Source: Vicugna vicugna (taxonomy: Eukaryota). From it: DNA of 64,000 nucleotides. The notes below the pieces were generated by a model. It made no database searches and was not told the origin of the DNA. It saw only the letters and a list, made by a program, of their open reading frames with translations. Made by a program: the position numbers and the translations under genes. The stretch lies in assembly GCA_013265495.1 (NCBI GenBank), contig MU058039.1, positions 188,591 through 252,590 on the forward strand, read 5' to 3'. How positions within the stretch are numbered: the stretch's first letter is position 1; the number at the start of each line of letters is the position of its first letter. Shown here piece after piece: positions 1-11,623 of this stretch.

Positions 1-519
1 TTCCTAAGCATCCTTTAAAATAATTTCATAAATTCAGAAATAAAATCCTTATGGAATTATGATAGCAAGTGACCTGATATAAAATAACTTGGGGCAAATG
101 AGTATGAATATTTATTTTTTTCACTTAGTATTGTTATATTTAACTTTTTTGTTTACTTAAGTCTTTAAAATAATTTTGTGACATTTTATAGGACCTTTTT
201 GGTGTTCCTACACGCCATACTCCCTTCTGTCTTCCAGTTCCTTAAATACTAGTTGTAATCTTCACTTGTTGCGTTTAGTTCTGATTCTCTTCCACTGTCT
301 TATTTACCACTTACAGTCTGACTTCTGCCCCTCTAGTGTGAATAAATCCAGGTGCTTTTCTTCATTTTCACATTCCTCAGCTTACTGAGATGCATAAGGT
401 ACTTTTTCTCTGTCCAAAGCTCTGTTCTGTATCTCTCTCCCTCTAATGGCTCCTGTGCCTGTTTTTCTTTCTTTTCCTCATTCAGCCATAAGATCTTTGT
501 CATTAATTGGATCTCTATG

Positions 520-710
520 CAGTGCTGTCTAATAGAATATTCTGTGATAATAGAAGTGATCTGTGCTTTCCAGAACAGTAGCCACGAGCCACATTTGGCT
601 TTTAAGCACTTGAAATAATGCTAGGTGTGATTGAGAATCTGAATTCTTAAATTTTGAATTTTGATTAAATTGCCATATGTGGTTAGTAGCTGCTATATTG
701 GACAGCGTAG
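520..710 (+). mobile_element. MER3-like hAT-Charlie non-autonomous DNA transposon relic
   Basis: Imperfect terminal inverted repeats CAGTGCTGTCTAATA ... TATTGGACAGCGTAG, plus internal GTAGCCAC/GCCACAT-TGGCT motifs matching the recalled MER3 consensus. Confidence 0.75.
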
Positions 711-884
711 CTATACGTTCTCTTAAACAAGGAGATCCAATCTATAAATCTGTGGGTCATTGGTTAAGCTGTTCATTGGAGCATGGATTCTGGGCTTTAG
801 CAGTAAACTCCCTCTTTGTTTTTAAGATTTCCCTTTTTTCCACACACTTGCACCAGAATCTCCTGGGTTTCATGCCTGGGGAGT

Positions 885-938
885 GTTTACTGAATCAAAG
901 GAGGGTTTACTGAATCAGAAGACGGTTTGCTGAATCAG
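885..938. repeat. 20-bp tandem repeat, ~2.7 copies
   Basis: Units GTTTACTGAATCAAAGGAGG / GTTTACTGAATCAGAAGACG / GTTTGCTGAATCAG. Confidence 0.85.
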
Positions 939-1299
939 TATATCTACCTACTGCTCACCAGTTCAGCACAGGTCTGCAGCTTAGTGAGATCTTTTCCTCT
1001 TCCAACCTTATACACCAGCCTACTTACTATACAGTTCTGATTGGATTCCAAAGTTGCTCATGATTTGACTTCTAACTTCCATCATTTATAGATTATGATC
1101 AGTTGGAAATTATGTGTCTCTGGTATCTATCTGGGTACGTTTTAATCCCAAAGAGGTTACCTTTCGCATTCTTTCTTGCCATGTGATCATCAGCCTATTT
1201 CATAATTCTTTTGGACAGAGATGTAATAATATCTGCACCTACTAGTAGTGTAGGCGTAGGGATAGCTTAATGAGCATGTATTAATTTGTCTCATTTTAT

Positions 1300-1540
1300 G
1301 ATAAGTATCAGTGAACATGTATAGTGAGCCAGACACTGCTAGGTATTGTATAAATATGTTATCCCTTATTTTTATACCACACTTGCAAGATCACCTTATT
1401 TTGCCTACTTAGAAACTGAGGCTCAAGAGGTCGGTTAATCAGTTTACTAACAGTAGAGTAACTGGCTAGCTGGGTGCAGGGGTAGGATTCAAACTCACCT
1501 TTGACCCTCAAGCCCTGTTGTGTTTCTGCTGTGCCACATG
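1300..1540 (-). mobile_element. MIR SINE relic
   Basis: MIR core motifs AGAAACTGAGGCTCAAGAGG and GGATTCAAACTCA. Confidence 0.7.
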
Positions 1541-3480
1541 GATGTCAGTTTGTCTGTCTTCTGCTTTGCCTGAATCCATAATTTTCCTTTACCCCTCAAT
1601 CAGTTACTGATATGAGTAAATTACCTTTTGCTGAATGCCATCATAATGCCATTGACTTCTAAGTGTTCCTCTATTCCAGTCATAGTGAACATTTCTTCTA
1701 CATATTTAATACTTATTTCGTGCTCCATACATCCCCCAGACTCTACTGTGTACTTTCCCCTGGAGTACCCCACATGAAGTTCCTTCCCTTATAGTATTCA
1801 TTTGTCTAAGTCCAGAACATCTTTTTTTTTTTTTTTTAAAGAGAGTGGTTGGAGCTCCAGGCACCTGAGAATCCTCCATGTTAGAGAATGTCTGGCATCT
1901 TCTCCTCAGTCTTCTTTTACTCAGCATTACCTTAGGTATTGTATAAAGCTGTCATTTGCCTGGAGTAAAGATTTATTCTTGGTAAGAGGGAATGTGGTGG
2001 CCCTGGGTGATGGATACAGGAAAGGAGGTTCTAGGAGAGTAAGTGAGGAAATAGCAGTGGTTGTACTTCTGCCAGAAGAATGAACAACAGTGTAGAGCTA
2101 ACAGAGGATAAGTCAACAAAAGACTCTCAGGCCTAGGTTGAGATGGGGACCCAAGTAAGAAAAATCCATGGCTGTGCATAGGAGGGCCTGGTAGAGATGG
2201 GAGCTTTCCTTGAGTGGAGGGTGTGTTGGGATGAAAGGTACAGATGGAGTATATGTTCTTTGCTTTTCAGTTTGTGCAGATGTAGCCTGGAGGCAGCTTT
2301 TTTTTCAACAGGTGGGAAGCTGTTATGAAAAAAAGACTGTATCTAATTATCTGAGGAATGCTAACATGTCTAGTTCTAAAGTAACCCTAAGCATACCAAA
2401 ACATGAAAATACTGAATATGAATACAAAGTATGCAAATACTGTTACTGAAATAATCACTGTATTTTGGCAGCTTGATCATAGCCTTGTAAATCAATCTCA
2501 TATTCTCCAGGAATTATTTCTTAACTAAGCTAGCGAGCTTTGATCTCTGATTTTCTGACACTTGTACTGCTAATAATCTGTGTCATGTTAACTAGTTCTG
2601 CATTATGTATTATATTGAATTTTTGTATGCACAAGTTTTCTCTCTCAGTTTTTTAAAAAAGGGAAGGACCTGTGTCTCAGACTTTTTTCTCTCTATTAGA
2701 AGTTGGGCACATAGTAGTGGGCTCTGTATAACTGAGTGTATCAGCTGATTAACATGGTGTAACATGTTGTGGTGTAACATGGTGTGGGTTTGTTATTTTC
2801 CTGTTTTGGAGATCGTCTTTTGAAAAATAGTTTTCTTTCCACCTCACCTCTACCAGTATTCTCTCCTGAAAGATCAAGTGTCTATTCTGTAAGGCAGCAT
2901 TTTTCTATGATAAGAAAAGGTGACCTTCAGATTTCTTCTAAAACCTAAGGGGGAAAACCCCATTTTTCTCTGGTCCTTGATAAAATCTGGAAAGTTGTTG
3001 AGCATTCTGTCAGCACTCATTCATTCAGCAAAATGCTGCCATTTTCCTATGTGCTAAATATAACAGTAAGAAGAAAGAGAAGCAAACATTAATCTCTGCC
3101 CTTATTGAGCTTTTAGTTTAGCTAGTGCAGGACGGACTGGAGACTAAAGACTAGAGGCAGGGAAATGGTAACTACGATCTAATCAGTTGTTCTCAGTTCC
3201 TCATCTTCTTGGTATTTAGCCTTGTCTGCATCTTGACGCCCTGCATTTCCCTTCTCACCGTCTCACCATCACCACCTCATATACCTTCCTCTGTCAGCTG
3301 TCTTCATCCTCTGTGCTTTCTTTGTATTTTGTTCATATTGCATGGCCGTATTTGAGAGGTGTCAAAACCATGACTTTCTTCTCTCTTTCCCCCAAGTAAA
3401 TTCTCCAGTTTCATTAATAAGAGTTTTCTTTCTCCTTGCAAAGGGAAAGAGGAGACATTTGCTTTCTTGATATTTTTCAG

Positions 3481-5060
3481 ACTGGGAGTCTTGGTATGAA
3501 ATCAAGGCATTATCTCCAAAGTGGTACATTGATGAAGAGGAAATATCCCAGGGGATGATAATGGAAAGACTGACAAGTTACGGCCTTGGACGCTCGTGTT
3601 TCAGAGGAGCCTGGAAACGTGAGGGTGAATTTGAGCTGCATCAAGGAAATCAGGAGAGGCATTTCAGGCAAGCGACAACTCTTAAGGAAATCTCTGCTGG
3701 GAAAAGAGACAATGAATATAATAATTCTGAGAGAGACGTTCTCTTGAAGTCAGTGCTTTTAACACAACAGAGAGTTCCCACAGTAGAGCAAGTACATAAA
3801 TTTGATATTTATGACAAAATGTTCCCCCAAAATTCAGTCCTAATTGAGCATAAAAGACTGCATGCTGAGGAGGAATCTTTGATAGCTGATGGATGTAAAG
3901 AACTCAACCAGAGTACAAACCTCAGTAAAGAGGCAGAAATTCCTCCTGGGGAGAAACCTTACGAAAGTAATGATTTTTCAGATCTCTTAAGTTTCCACTC
4001 ATTACTTACTCAGCATCAGACAACTCATTTTGTTAAATTACCCCGTGGATATGATGGATGTGGTGATGCCTTTAGGTGTTACTCATTCTTTACTCAACCT
4101 CAGAGAATTCACAGCGGAGAGAAACCATACACATGCAATGACTGTGGAAAAGCCTTTAGCCATGACTTCTTTCTCAGTGAACATCAGAGAACTCATATCG
4201 GGGAGAAACCATATGAGTGTAAGGAATGTAACAAAGCTTTCAGACAGAGTGCACACCTTGCTCAACATCAAAGAATCCACACTGGAGAGAAACCCTTTGC
4301 ATGCAATGAGTGTGGGAAGGCATTCAGCCGTTACGCCTTCCTTGTTGAACATCAGAGAATTCACACAGGAGAAAAACCATATGAATGTAAAGAATGTAAC
4401 AAAGCCTTCAGACAGAGTGCACACCTTAACCAACATCAGAGAATCCACACTGGAGAGAAACCCTATGAATGTAATCAGTGTGGAAAAGCCTTCAGCAGAC
4501 GCATAGCCCTTACTCTGCATCAGAGAATTCATACAGGAGAGAAACCCTTTAAATGTACTGAATGCGGGAAGACCTTTGGATATCGCTCCCACCTTAATCA
4601 ACATCAGAGAATTCACACCGGCGAAAAGCCCTATGAGTGCATCAAGTGTGGGAAGTTTTTTAGGACTGACTCACAACTTAATCGACATCACAGAATTCAT
4701 ACTGGAGAGAGACCCTTTGAATGCAGTAAATGTGGGAAAGCCTTCAGTGATGCTTTAGTTCTAATTCATCATAAGAGAAGTCATGCAGGAGAGAAACCCT
4801 ATGAATGTAACAAATGTGGGAAGGCCTTCAGTTGTGGCTCATACCTTAGTCAACATCAGAGAATTCATACTGGAGAGAAACCGTATGAATGTAATGAATG
4901 TGGGAAGGCTTTCCATCAGGTCTTGTCCCTTCGGCTGCACCAGAGAATTCATGCTGGAGAAAAGCTCTATAACTGTAATGCATGTGGGAACAACTTTAAC
5001 TGTGCTTCAGCCCTTAGACGACATCAGAAAATTCATAGTAGAGAAACTGACTGTGTGTAA
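3481..5060 (+). CDS. ZNF527: Last (zinc-finger) coding exon of a KRAB-C2H2 protein, ZNF527 ortholog; KRAB exons lie upstream of the window
   Basis: Polypyrimidine acceptor ...TATTTTTCAG ends at 3480. The phase-1 exon opens (D)[24 protein letters not shown], in frame with ORF 3555-5060. It has 2 degenerate and 11 intact C2H2 fingers with TGEKP-type linkers, and TAA at 5058-5060. Spacer and finger sequences ([27 protein letters not shown]) match recalled human ZNF527, which is also convergent with ZNF569. Confidence 0.92.
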
Positions 5061-5204
5061 CAAGTGTAAGAAAGCACTTGGTCACCACTCAGTCCTTATT
5101 AAATCAATATCAGCGAATTCTTCAGCTAGTAATTCTATGAATGTAGTACATGTGGAAAAGCCTTCAGTTCATGAGCATCCCTCATTTGAAACAGCCTGAA
5201 TAGT

Positions 5205-5715
5205 AGACGTCCTTTACTTTGGGATCTGTTCTACGCACCATTTGAGACTTACCTCACCCTCAATGCACGTCATTCCGGTGAAGCTGTTTAATCAGGGAGA
5301 GCTGTGGATTGGTCAGAGGCTGGCCAATTATTTTCCTCAACCTAATGATGGATAGGGATTTAGAAATGGCCCTGTCTAGACTAAAGAGCCCTAGGTGGGC
5401 ATTGTTATGGGTTGTAAGAGAAGATCATTTCCCCACTCCTGGCATTGGAAGTTTTAAGGATTTAGTAAGGCTAAAATCTCACCAGTAACCTTTTTGCCAC
5501 CACGTGAAGGAAGTCTTCCCAAGATAAATCCAACAACATAAAGGGAAAATGGAGATAAGAGACCGAAATCTGAGGATATTGTTTGATCTTCTGGATCCAG
5601 TCATGCCTGAAGTCTACACCATCTTTTAATTTTTCATTTTTGTGATCCAATAAATTTCCTTTTTTTGCTTGTTAATTTAATTTGGGTCTTTGCCTCTTGG
5701 AATCAGAGTCCTCAT
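5205..5715 (+). mobile_element. Ancient MaLR LTR (MLT1-like) in the ZNF527 3' UTR
   Basis: MLT1-type 3' end: CTGGATCCAGTCATGCCTGAAG ... CCAATAAATTTCCTTTTTTTGCTT ... AGAGTCCTCA. Confidence 0.6.
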
Positions 5716-7519
5716 TTCTACACCCCATGTTTGCTATGCATGTGAGAAAGCCTTAATCTTTTATATGGTGTAATTATTTATCCAAAGCAGAAACCTTATA
5801 AAAAGTTATGAAATTACATACACAGCCTTCATAAAGCTGAGAGAATTTTTACATTTTGTTTGTTGATAAAAACTAAGTATTCATTAGTCTGTTTCACAGT
5901 AAGAATGAATTTTTACAATTTACTTAGTAAAACTTAACAGGCTTTCTCATAGGGAATTAAAATAATTTGTGGCAGTGACTCACCATAGATGCTTGAAGAA
6001 AGATTACCCAGCTCAGAGAATAATGGATCCATCAGTTTAATGAATGGCTCTTCATCGTAAAGGAATTATTTGATCTCTTGCTTGCAGCGTGGGTTTAAAC
6101 ATACTGTGTGATAGACTATAATTAGAATTGTAAATGAGGTCTTTTGTAAGTGGGTTGTAAACTTGGTTTAAGAAGTTTATGGATAACTTCTTTGAAACTA
6201 GAGATACTAGACAAGACATTGCTAGCAGACAGAATGAGCCATTTTCAACTAACGATTAAAGTATAGCAGAGCCTAAAATTTTTAGAGAGTAAATCATTAC
6301 CATTCTTCAGAGTAATGAGGAACATGACGGGGTGGGGCAGTATGTTCCTGTTTTATCTGAGCAGATATATAGAGGTAAAATTTGATACGGAAATGTTGCT
6401 TTGAGCAGTTAAGAACCAGTTAGAATCTTGGGTATTGTCTGGAAAGCATCTATAAAAACAGATCAGAACAAATGAATTATGAAAAAGTGAAGGATTTATA
6501 TATATATATATATATACACACATAAATATGCATGGTGTGAAACAATGATTACTAATATAATTACTTTAATAGTCAATTTATACTTATAAAAACCTGAAAA
6601 TTATTTTTCTTACATACTAAGACAAATTCTCTTTAAACAACTTAAATTACAGATTTAGTGTAACTGAAAATGTCAAACCTTGAACAGAAACAAATATAAT
6701 GCTTTTAAAAACACTGCCAAGCTTGTATTACATCTAATCTAAAATATCTTAATATCATAAGCTGAGTTTATGTCATCATTAGTTTATTCTCTCTCATGTT
6801 TCCTGGAGGTATAGGAATACTTATTTTAATATTTTCTAAGGGTTGAGTAATAATTTATTTCAGAAAGTTCCCTAAGGTTGCTCTAAACTTACTAGGCCTA
6901 AAGAAAAAAAAGAATGACTCAGACCCATGATAAGTCCGAGTTACTCATTAACTTATTCCTGATCTAAGTGTGGCACCTGATTTCTTCCTCCAAGGTGATG
7001 TAAACCCAAGCCACTGATTCTGTTTTTACAGTTAATCTTCACTTGTCATGTTGACAGAATCTTTAACAGCCATGCCTTTAGCACAGATGTACTTTACAAT
7101 CTGATGCTTCTGTTCACAATGAGGTGCTAAATTTTGCTTAATCTGCAGCTATGCAACCTATTGTCTTACTGTGGTACATTGGCTCGATCTTTCAGCATTA
7201 TTTAAAACTCATGCTTTATTAGTATCTTATAGATACAATAGGACTGTCCAGAGATTTCCTGTCATAAAAATGAGGATTTGAGTTTGTTCAGTTAATTCTT
7301 TTTAGGACATGGACTAATTCATTTAGAACACACTGGTTAAACCCTTTCCACTTGTTTGAGTGTGATCAATGGTGATGAACTTTTGGATTCCTTTTTTAAT
7401 CTGGTTATGCTGAACATATCTTTCTGCCTTGTTACAGTTGATGCAATTTTTGCTTGTCATATGTAAGAGTTTTCTTTATACATTCTTGATTAAGCAGAAG
7501 GTTTGTGTTTGTGTTTTAA

Positions 7520-7800
7520 AATTTTGTATTGAGTGCCTACTGTGTGCCAAGCTTTGTTCTAATCCAGGCTTTGAAGATAATAGTAGTGAATTAAACAAAA
7601 ATTCCTGTGTTCATAGACCTAATTTCTAATCAAGGAGGCAGACAGTAAAAAGATATATAAGTAAATATATACTATGTGAGACAGTAAATTGTAAGGAGAA
7701 AAAGATGAAGAAATTGCTGGAGACCAGATTGATATTTTAGATTGTGTGGCCTGGGAAGGCCTCTTTGAAGCTGACTTTTGTTTAAAGACCTGGGAAAGAT
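7520..7800 (-). mobile_element. L2 3'-end relic
   Basis: TATTGAGTGCCTACTGTGTGCCAAGC and GGGAAGGCCTCTTTGAAG motifs. Confidence 0.65.
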
Positions 7801-9149
7801 AAGTGGTCTGTCTATTCACACTACATATACACACTTGCACGTATACACATTTATATGCCTTATATACCTAATGGAAAGGAAATGTATATACATATGTGTG
7901 TGTGTGTATACATATGCATTTTTATTTATACTTTGTACTTACTAAATGCATTCTCATATTTTGTTATGCCTATGTATTTGTGGATTGCATTTTCACATTT
8001 TTCTTTTTAGTCTCTTGAGTTCATGGCCTTTTACTGTCTACATTTTAATTATAATGTACATATTTTTGTTGCTCAAATTGTCAGAATTTATCCACTGTGG
8101 CCACTTTAAGCTGACTCCTTGCTCCCTTCAGCGCTGCCCTGACATCTCTGCAAGCAACCTTACTTCCTGGCAATAACAGGATGTTCCAGACCCATCAGTG
8201 ACCTGCCCAAAGTCATGAAGCTAACTACCTTCTAAGGAATTTAGGGAGGGAGAAAACAAGCATATACTTTCAAAAGAGGTTATGAAATCAGACATAGAAG
8301 TTTCCAAATAATTTTTTCTCAGTAAAAGGTCTTGCTAGATCTATTTGGGGGCCTAAGAAAGAGTCTAAAGGAAGATTGCATTTTCCTTATATATTTTCTA
8401 TTTTCTATTGTTCTTGTTGCCCAAGGAGAAAAAGATGGCCCACAGTAGAGTTCATTTTAATAAGAGATACATGTTAATTACTCTTTATAAAACTTGAACT
8501 TGTTTTAGGATTTGTGAAACATTGTTTCAATAACTTAAAGTCCATTTGAAAATTAATGATAATTTAATACTGCCTCAGTTGATGTAAATGAGTCAAAAGG
8601 AAATGTGGCTAAACTGCTTCAGGTGAGCGAAAATTCCACTTGTTCCCTCCCTCCTAATAGAGGGTTTTCTTTTTAAAGTATTTCAGACATCTCTTCCTGA
8701 GCAAATGCAATGCAGGTTTTTCTGTGAGGTATAAGTAAACTTTCCACAGAGTCCTGCACCCTTTTAGCAGTGACTGTATTTGGATGCTACGACTACACAT
8801 GAATTTTGGGCAAAATTGCTGCTATTATGATTGGGTCTCTTTTAGAGACAGCTGGGAAAAAATGTTTCCTTTTTGAAACATGATTGCATAGTGATTTCTA
8901 GTTCCTGCTTAGCATGTTTGCTGTACCCTGCTAAGATTTTCTACTTTATTCACAGAGTGTAAGACAGGGAGACAACAGATTACATGGTAGAGAAAAGCAG
9001 ATAATTTGAAGCCATGAGGTAAGGGTACTTTATTGACAGGAGAACAAGTCACTTTCCTGTTCAGCTTTCTTAAGGCTTTTGCATGGTAATTCCTCACAAA
9101 TTCTTCCAGAAAGAGTAGTGGGAGTACTTCTCTTTAGATTCTTGGCACA

Positions 9150-9315
9150 TGTATAAGGTGTTGGAGTTAGACCTTCACATAGACATCGGCTCTTTTAGTT
9201 GGGAGACCCTGAGAAAGTGATTATACGTCTTTTAGACTGGTTATCTGTAAAATTACAATAATTCCAGCCTTTCATGTTTTTGTGAGGGTTACTCAATGTA
9301 ATATATGTAAACAAT
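9150..9315 (+). mobile_element. MIR SINE relic
   Basis: TTGGAGTTAGACCT ... ATCTGTAAAAT ... TTGTGAGGGTTA ... ATATGTAAA. Confidence 0.55.
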
Positions 9316-9807
9316 TATTAATGATGCAGTCGAGCGGAAAGTTGAATTGCATGCCTGAGAGCCAGCTGCTCATGTGAGACAGAATCGTAAATCCTACCCC
9401 TGTGTCCTGCTTCCCATATGGAGTCCGGAACAGCGGTGCTCCCAGCCCTTCTCTTTGATGCTGGAGTGGGAGCTGCAGCTCCAGAGTGTTTCAGGATTCC
9501 TTGTTTGGATATTTGAGGCTGTTAGGACACTTGCCTTCCATTAAGATAGAGGCCAGGAAGGGTATGGCTCTAGTTTTTTAATTTTGGACTTGCATTTTTG
9601 GACCTCAATTCATAGCATAGTGTTGGACTAAACAATGTTACCAAAATTGTTTAGTCCAACATTCATTTCTTGGTTCTTCCCCCATCATTCCCAATTCCAA
9701 ATCTCCCCCAGAGGCGTGCACACCACCTTGTTTGGTATGCATGCTTAAATGTGTACATATCCTTTATCAAATATGTCATGTTGTGTGTTCGAAATTTATA
9801 TTAATGG

Positions 9808-10307
9808 TGAGACAGGAGGAAAAGGGGCAGGGCACAACCGTTCAATGACACAGCAGTTGAAGATTTGAGTCCCAGTAGCCCTTGAACTTCATTATACTCT
9901 CATTGTAGTATATGAACACGGTAATGACTCCCCCAGGCACCATGGCAGTTCCGAGGCTGACCATAAAAGGTCAGAAAAAGGGTGGTGGCTCAGGGTGACG
10001 GCCCAGTTCCTGGGAATCCCACCCCTTCCCCAGAGTAGTTGGAATAATCCTCCCACTTGTTAGCATATGAAATTACCGGGCCCATAAAAACTAACAACCC
10101 CACGCCTCGCGGCCTCCCTGGCCTTCTGAGCCGGCCTACACTCTATCTATGGAATGTGCATCTCTGTGAATGAATCTACTTTTACTCAACTGCTGTTCGC
10201 TCTTGAATTCTTTCCTGCGCGAATCCAAGGACCTTCACTTTGCCTATTCCATGGACTTGCCCGAGACCTGGGACTTGACCATCCTCTCACTCCCGTTTCC
10301 TGTATTA
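9808..10307 (+). mobile_element. ERV1 solo LTR, MER41-like, inserted in an older L1 relic
   Basis: Starts TGAGACAGG and ends CCTGTATTA. 4-bp TSD ATGG at 9804-9807 and 10308-10311. Blocks GAATAATCCTCCCACTTGTTAGCATAT and TGAATTCTTTCCTGCGCGAATCCAAG resemble the recalled MER41 consensus. Confidence 0.8.
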
Positions 10308-10986
10308 ATGGTATTATGCTGTAAAGGTGTCATTGTTTCCCACTCAGCGCCGTTGTCTAGATCCATCATGTTCCGTGTCCAATGCTGCAGTGCTATTCAA
10401 CGCTTCTGACATTTGCAGAGTAATTCGTAGTATACATTTACTACTTTTAATTCATTCATTCCTGTAGTGCTGGATACAACCCCTGGCTGCCACAAAGAAC
10501 ACCCTACTATGTGCCCCCTTATGGACCTGAACTAGATTAGACTATTTACCCTGGAATATTGTACAGTGGGGGGTTGTTTGCACAACTTTGTGAGGTACAA
10601 GCAGATTACTTTCTAGAGTGGCTGCAGCTGTCTACATTCTCCCCAGCAGCACCGTGTGTCCTTGTAAACACTTCGTATTACCGTCCCTGGATGTTTTAGT
10701 TTGCATTTTTATTAACGACTACTGGTGAGTTGAAGCATATTTCCCTATGCTTCTTTGTCATTTGGACCTTATATCAAGTGCTTTTTAAAAAAAAATTCTA
10801 TTTATCTCATCAAATAGGTCATCAAATCCGTTCACAAAAATTTAGTTAAAATGTATTTGTAAATCCATCTGGGCTTTTGGCTTTTTCTTCTTTTGAGGGG
10901 ATGTTTCTATACTATTTGACTGCATCAGGTTTATTCAAATTTTGTTTCTTGTGCCAACTTTGGTATTTTATATTTTTAGAAATGTA

Positions 10987-11124
10987 GGGGGGAGGGTATA
11001 GCTCAAGTGGTGGGGTGCATGCTTAGCATGCATGAGGTCCTGGGTTCAATCCCTAGTATCTCTTCTAAGAATAAATCAATGAATAAACCTAAATACCTCC
11101 CCCCACCAAAAAAAAAAAAAGAAA
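10987..11124 (+). mobile_element. tRNA-Ala-derived SINE (camelid Vic-1-like)
   Basis: tRNA-Ala(AGC)-like head with A and B boxes (TAGCTCAAGTGG, GGTTCAATCC), AT-rich/C-rich body and A tail. TSD AGAAATG(T/C)A. Confidence 0.9.
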
Positions 11125-11434
11125 AGAAATGCATTCATTTTAGGTTGTCAAATTTATTTGCAAATAGTCATTCATAAGATTATTTTACTATTATTCTAAC
11201 TTCATTTGGCTTCTTATTCATTTTCTTATTTGCATCTTTGTTCTTTTATTTTTACCAGGTTTGACAGAGGTTTACATAATGTATTGATCATTGATCTTTA
11301 AAAAAAACCCATCTCTTGATTTTGTTATTGTTTTCTCTTATTTTTCCTAATTCTCTATTGATTTCTTCTGCCCTTTATGTTTATCTTTTTTTTTTTTTTG
11401 CTTGAGTGTGCCCTGTCTCTCTTAATCTGCATTC

Positions 11435-11623
11435 TTTTTTTTTTTAAATGAAAGCAAGTTTATTTAGAGATACACATTCCATAGACAGAATACAGTCCAT
11501 CTCAGAAGGGACAGTGGTCCCAGAGCATGGGGTCATCTAGGAAAGTGACAGTGGAGATTTCTTCGGGAAGATACACACTCCATAGACAGAGTAGGGGCTG
11601 TCTCCAAATGCCAGAGAGGTGGC
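11435..11623 (-). mobile_element. Short polyadenylated retro-insertion with an internal dimeric repeat, source unidentified (possibly an LTR transcript end)
   Basis: T11 at 11435-11445 and TTTATT (AATAAA on -) at 11459-11464. Flanking direct repeats at 11421-11435 and 11624-11638 match at 12/15. Confidence 0.65.

Noticed and set aside
4030..5199. Overlapping alternate-frame and antisense ORFs (4030-4506, 4083-4616, 4576-4758, 4783-5199)
   Set aside because: Shadow ORFs produced by the 84-nt zinc-finger repeat (ERNPMNV patterns); not independent genes.
8937..9024. Possible 63-nt + strand exon (TTCACAG|...GCCATGAG|GTAAGG)
   Set aside because: Good splice motifs, but no partner exons or homology; such matches are common by chance.
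10987..11065. tRNA-Ala(AGC) genes here and at 37346, 39436, 40054 and 54154
   Set aside because: Broken stems, SINE body and A tail, and TSDs show these are SINEs.
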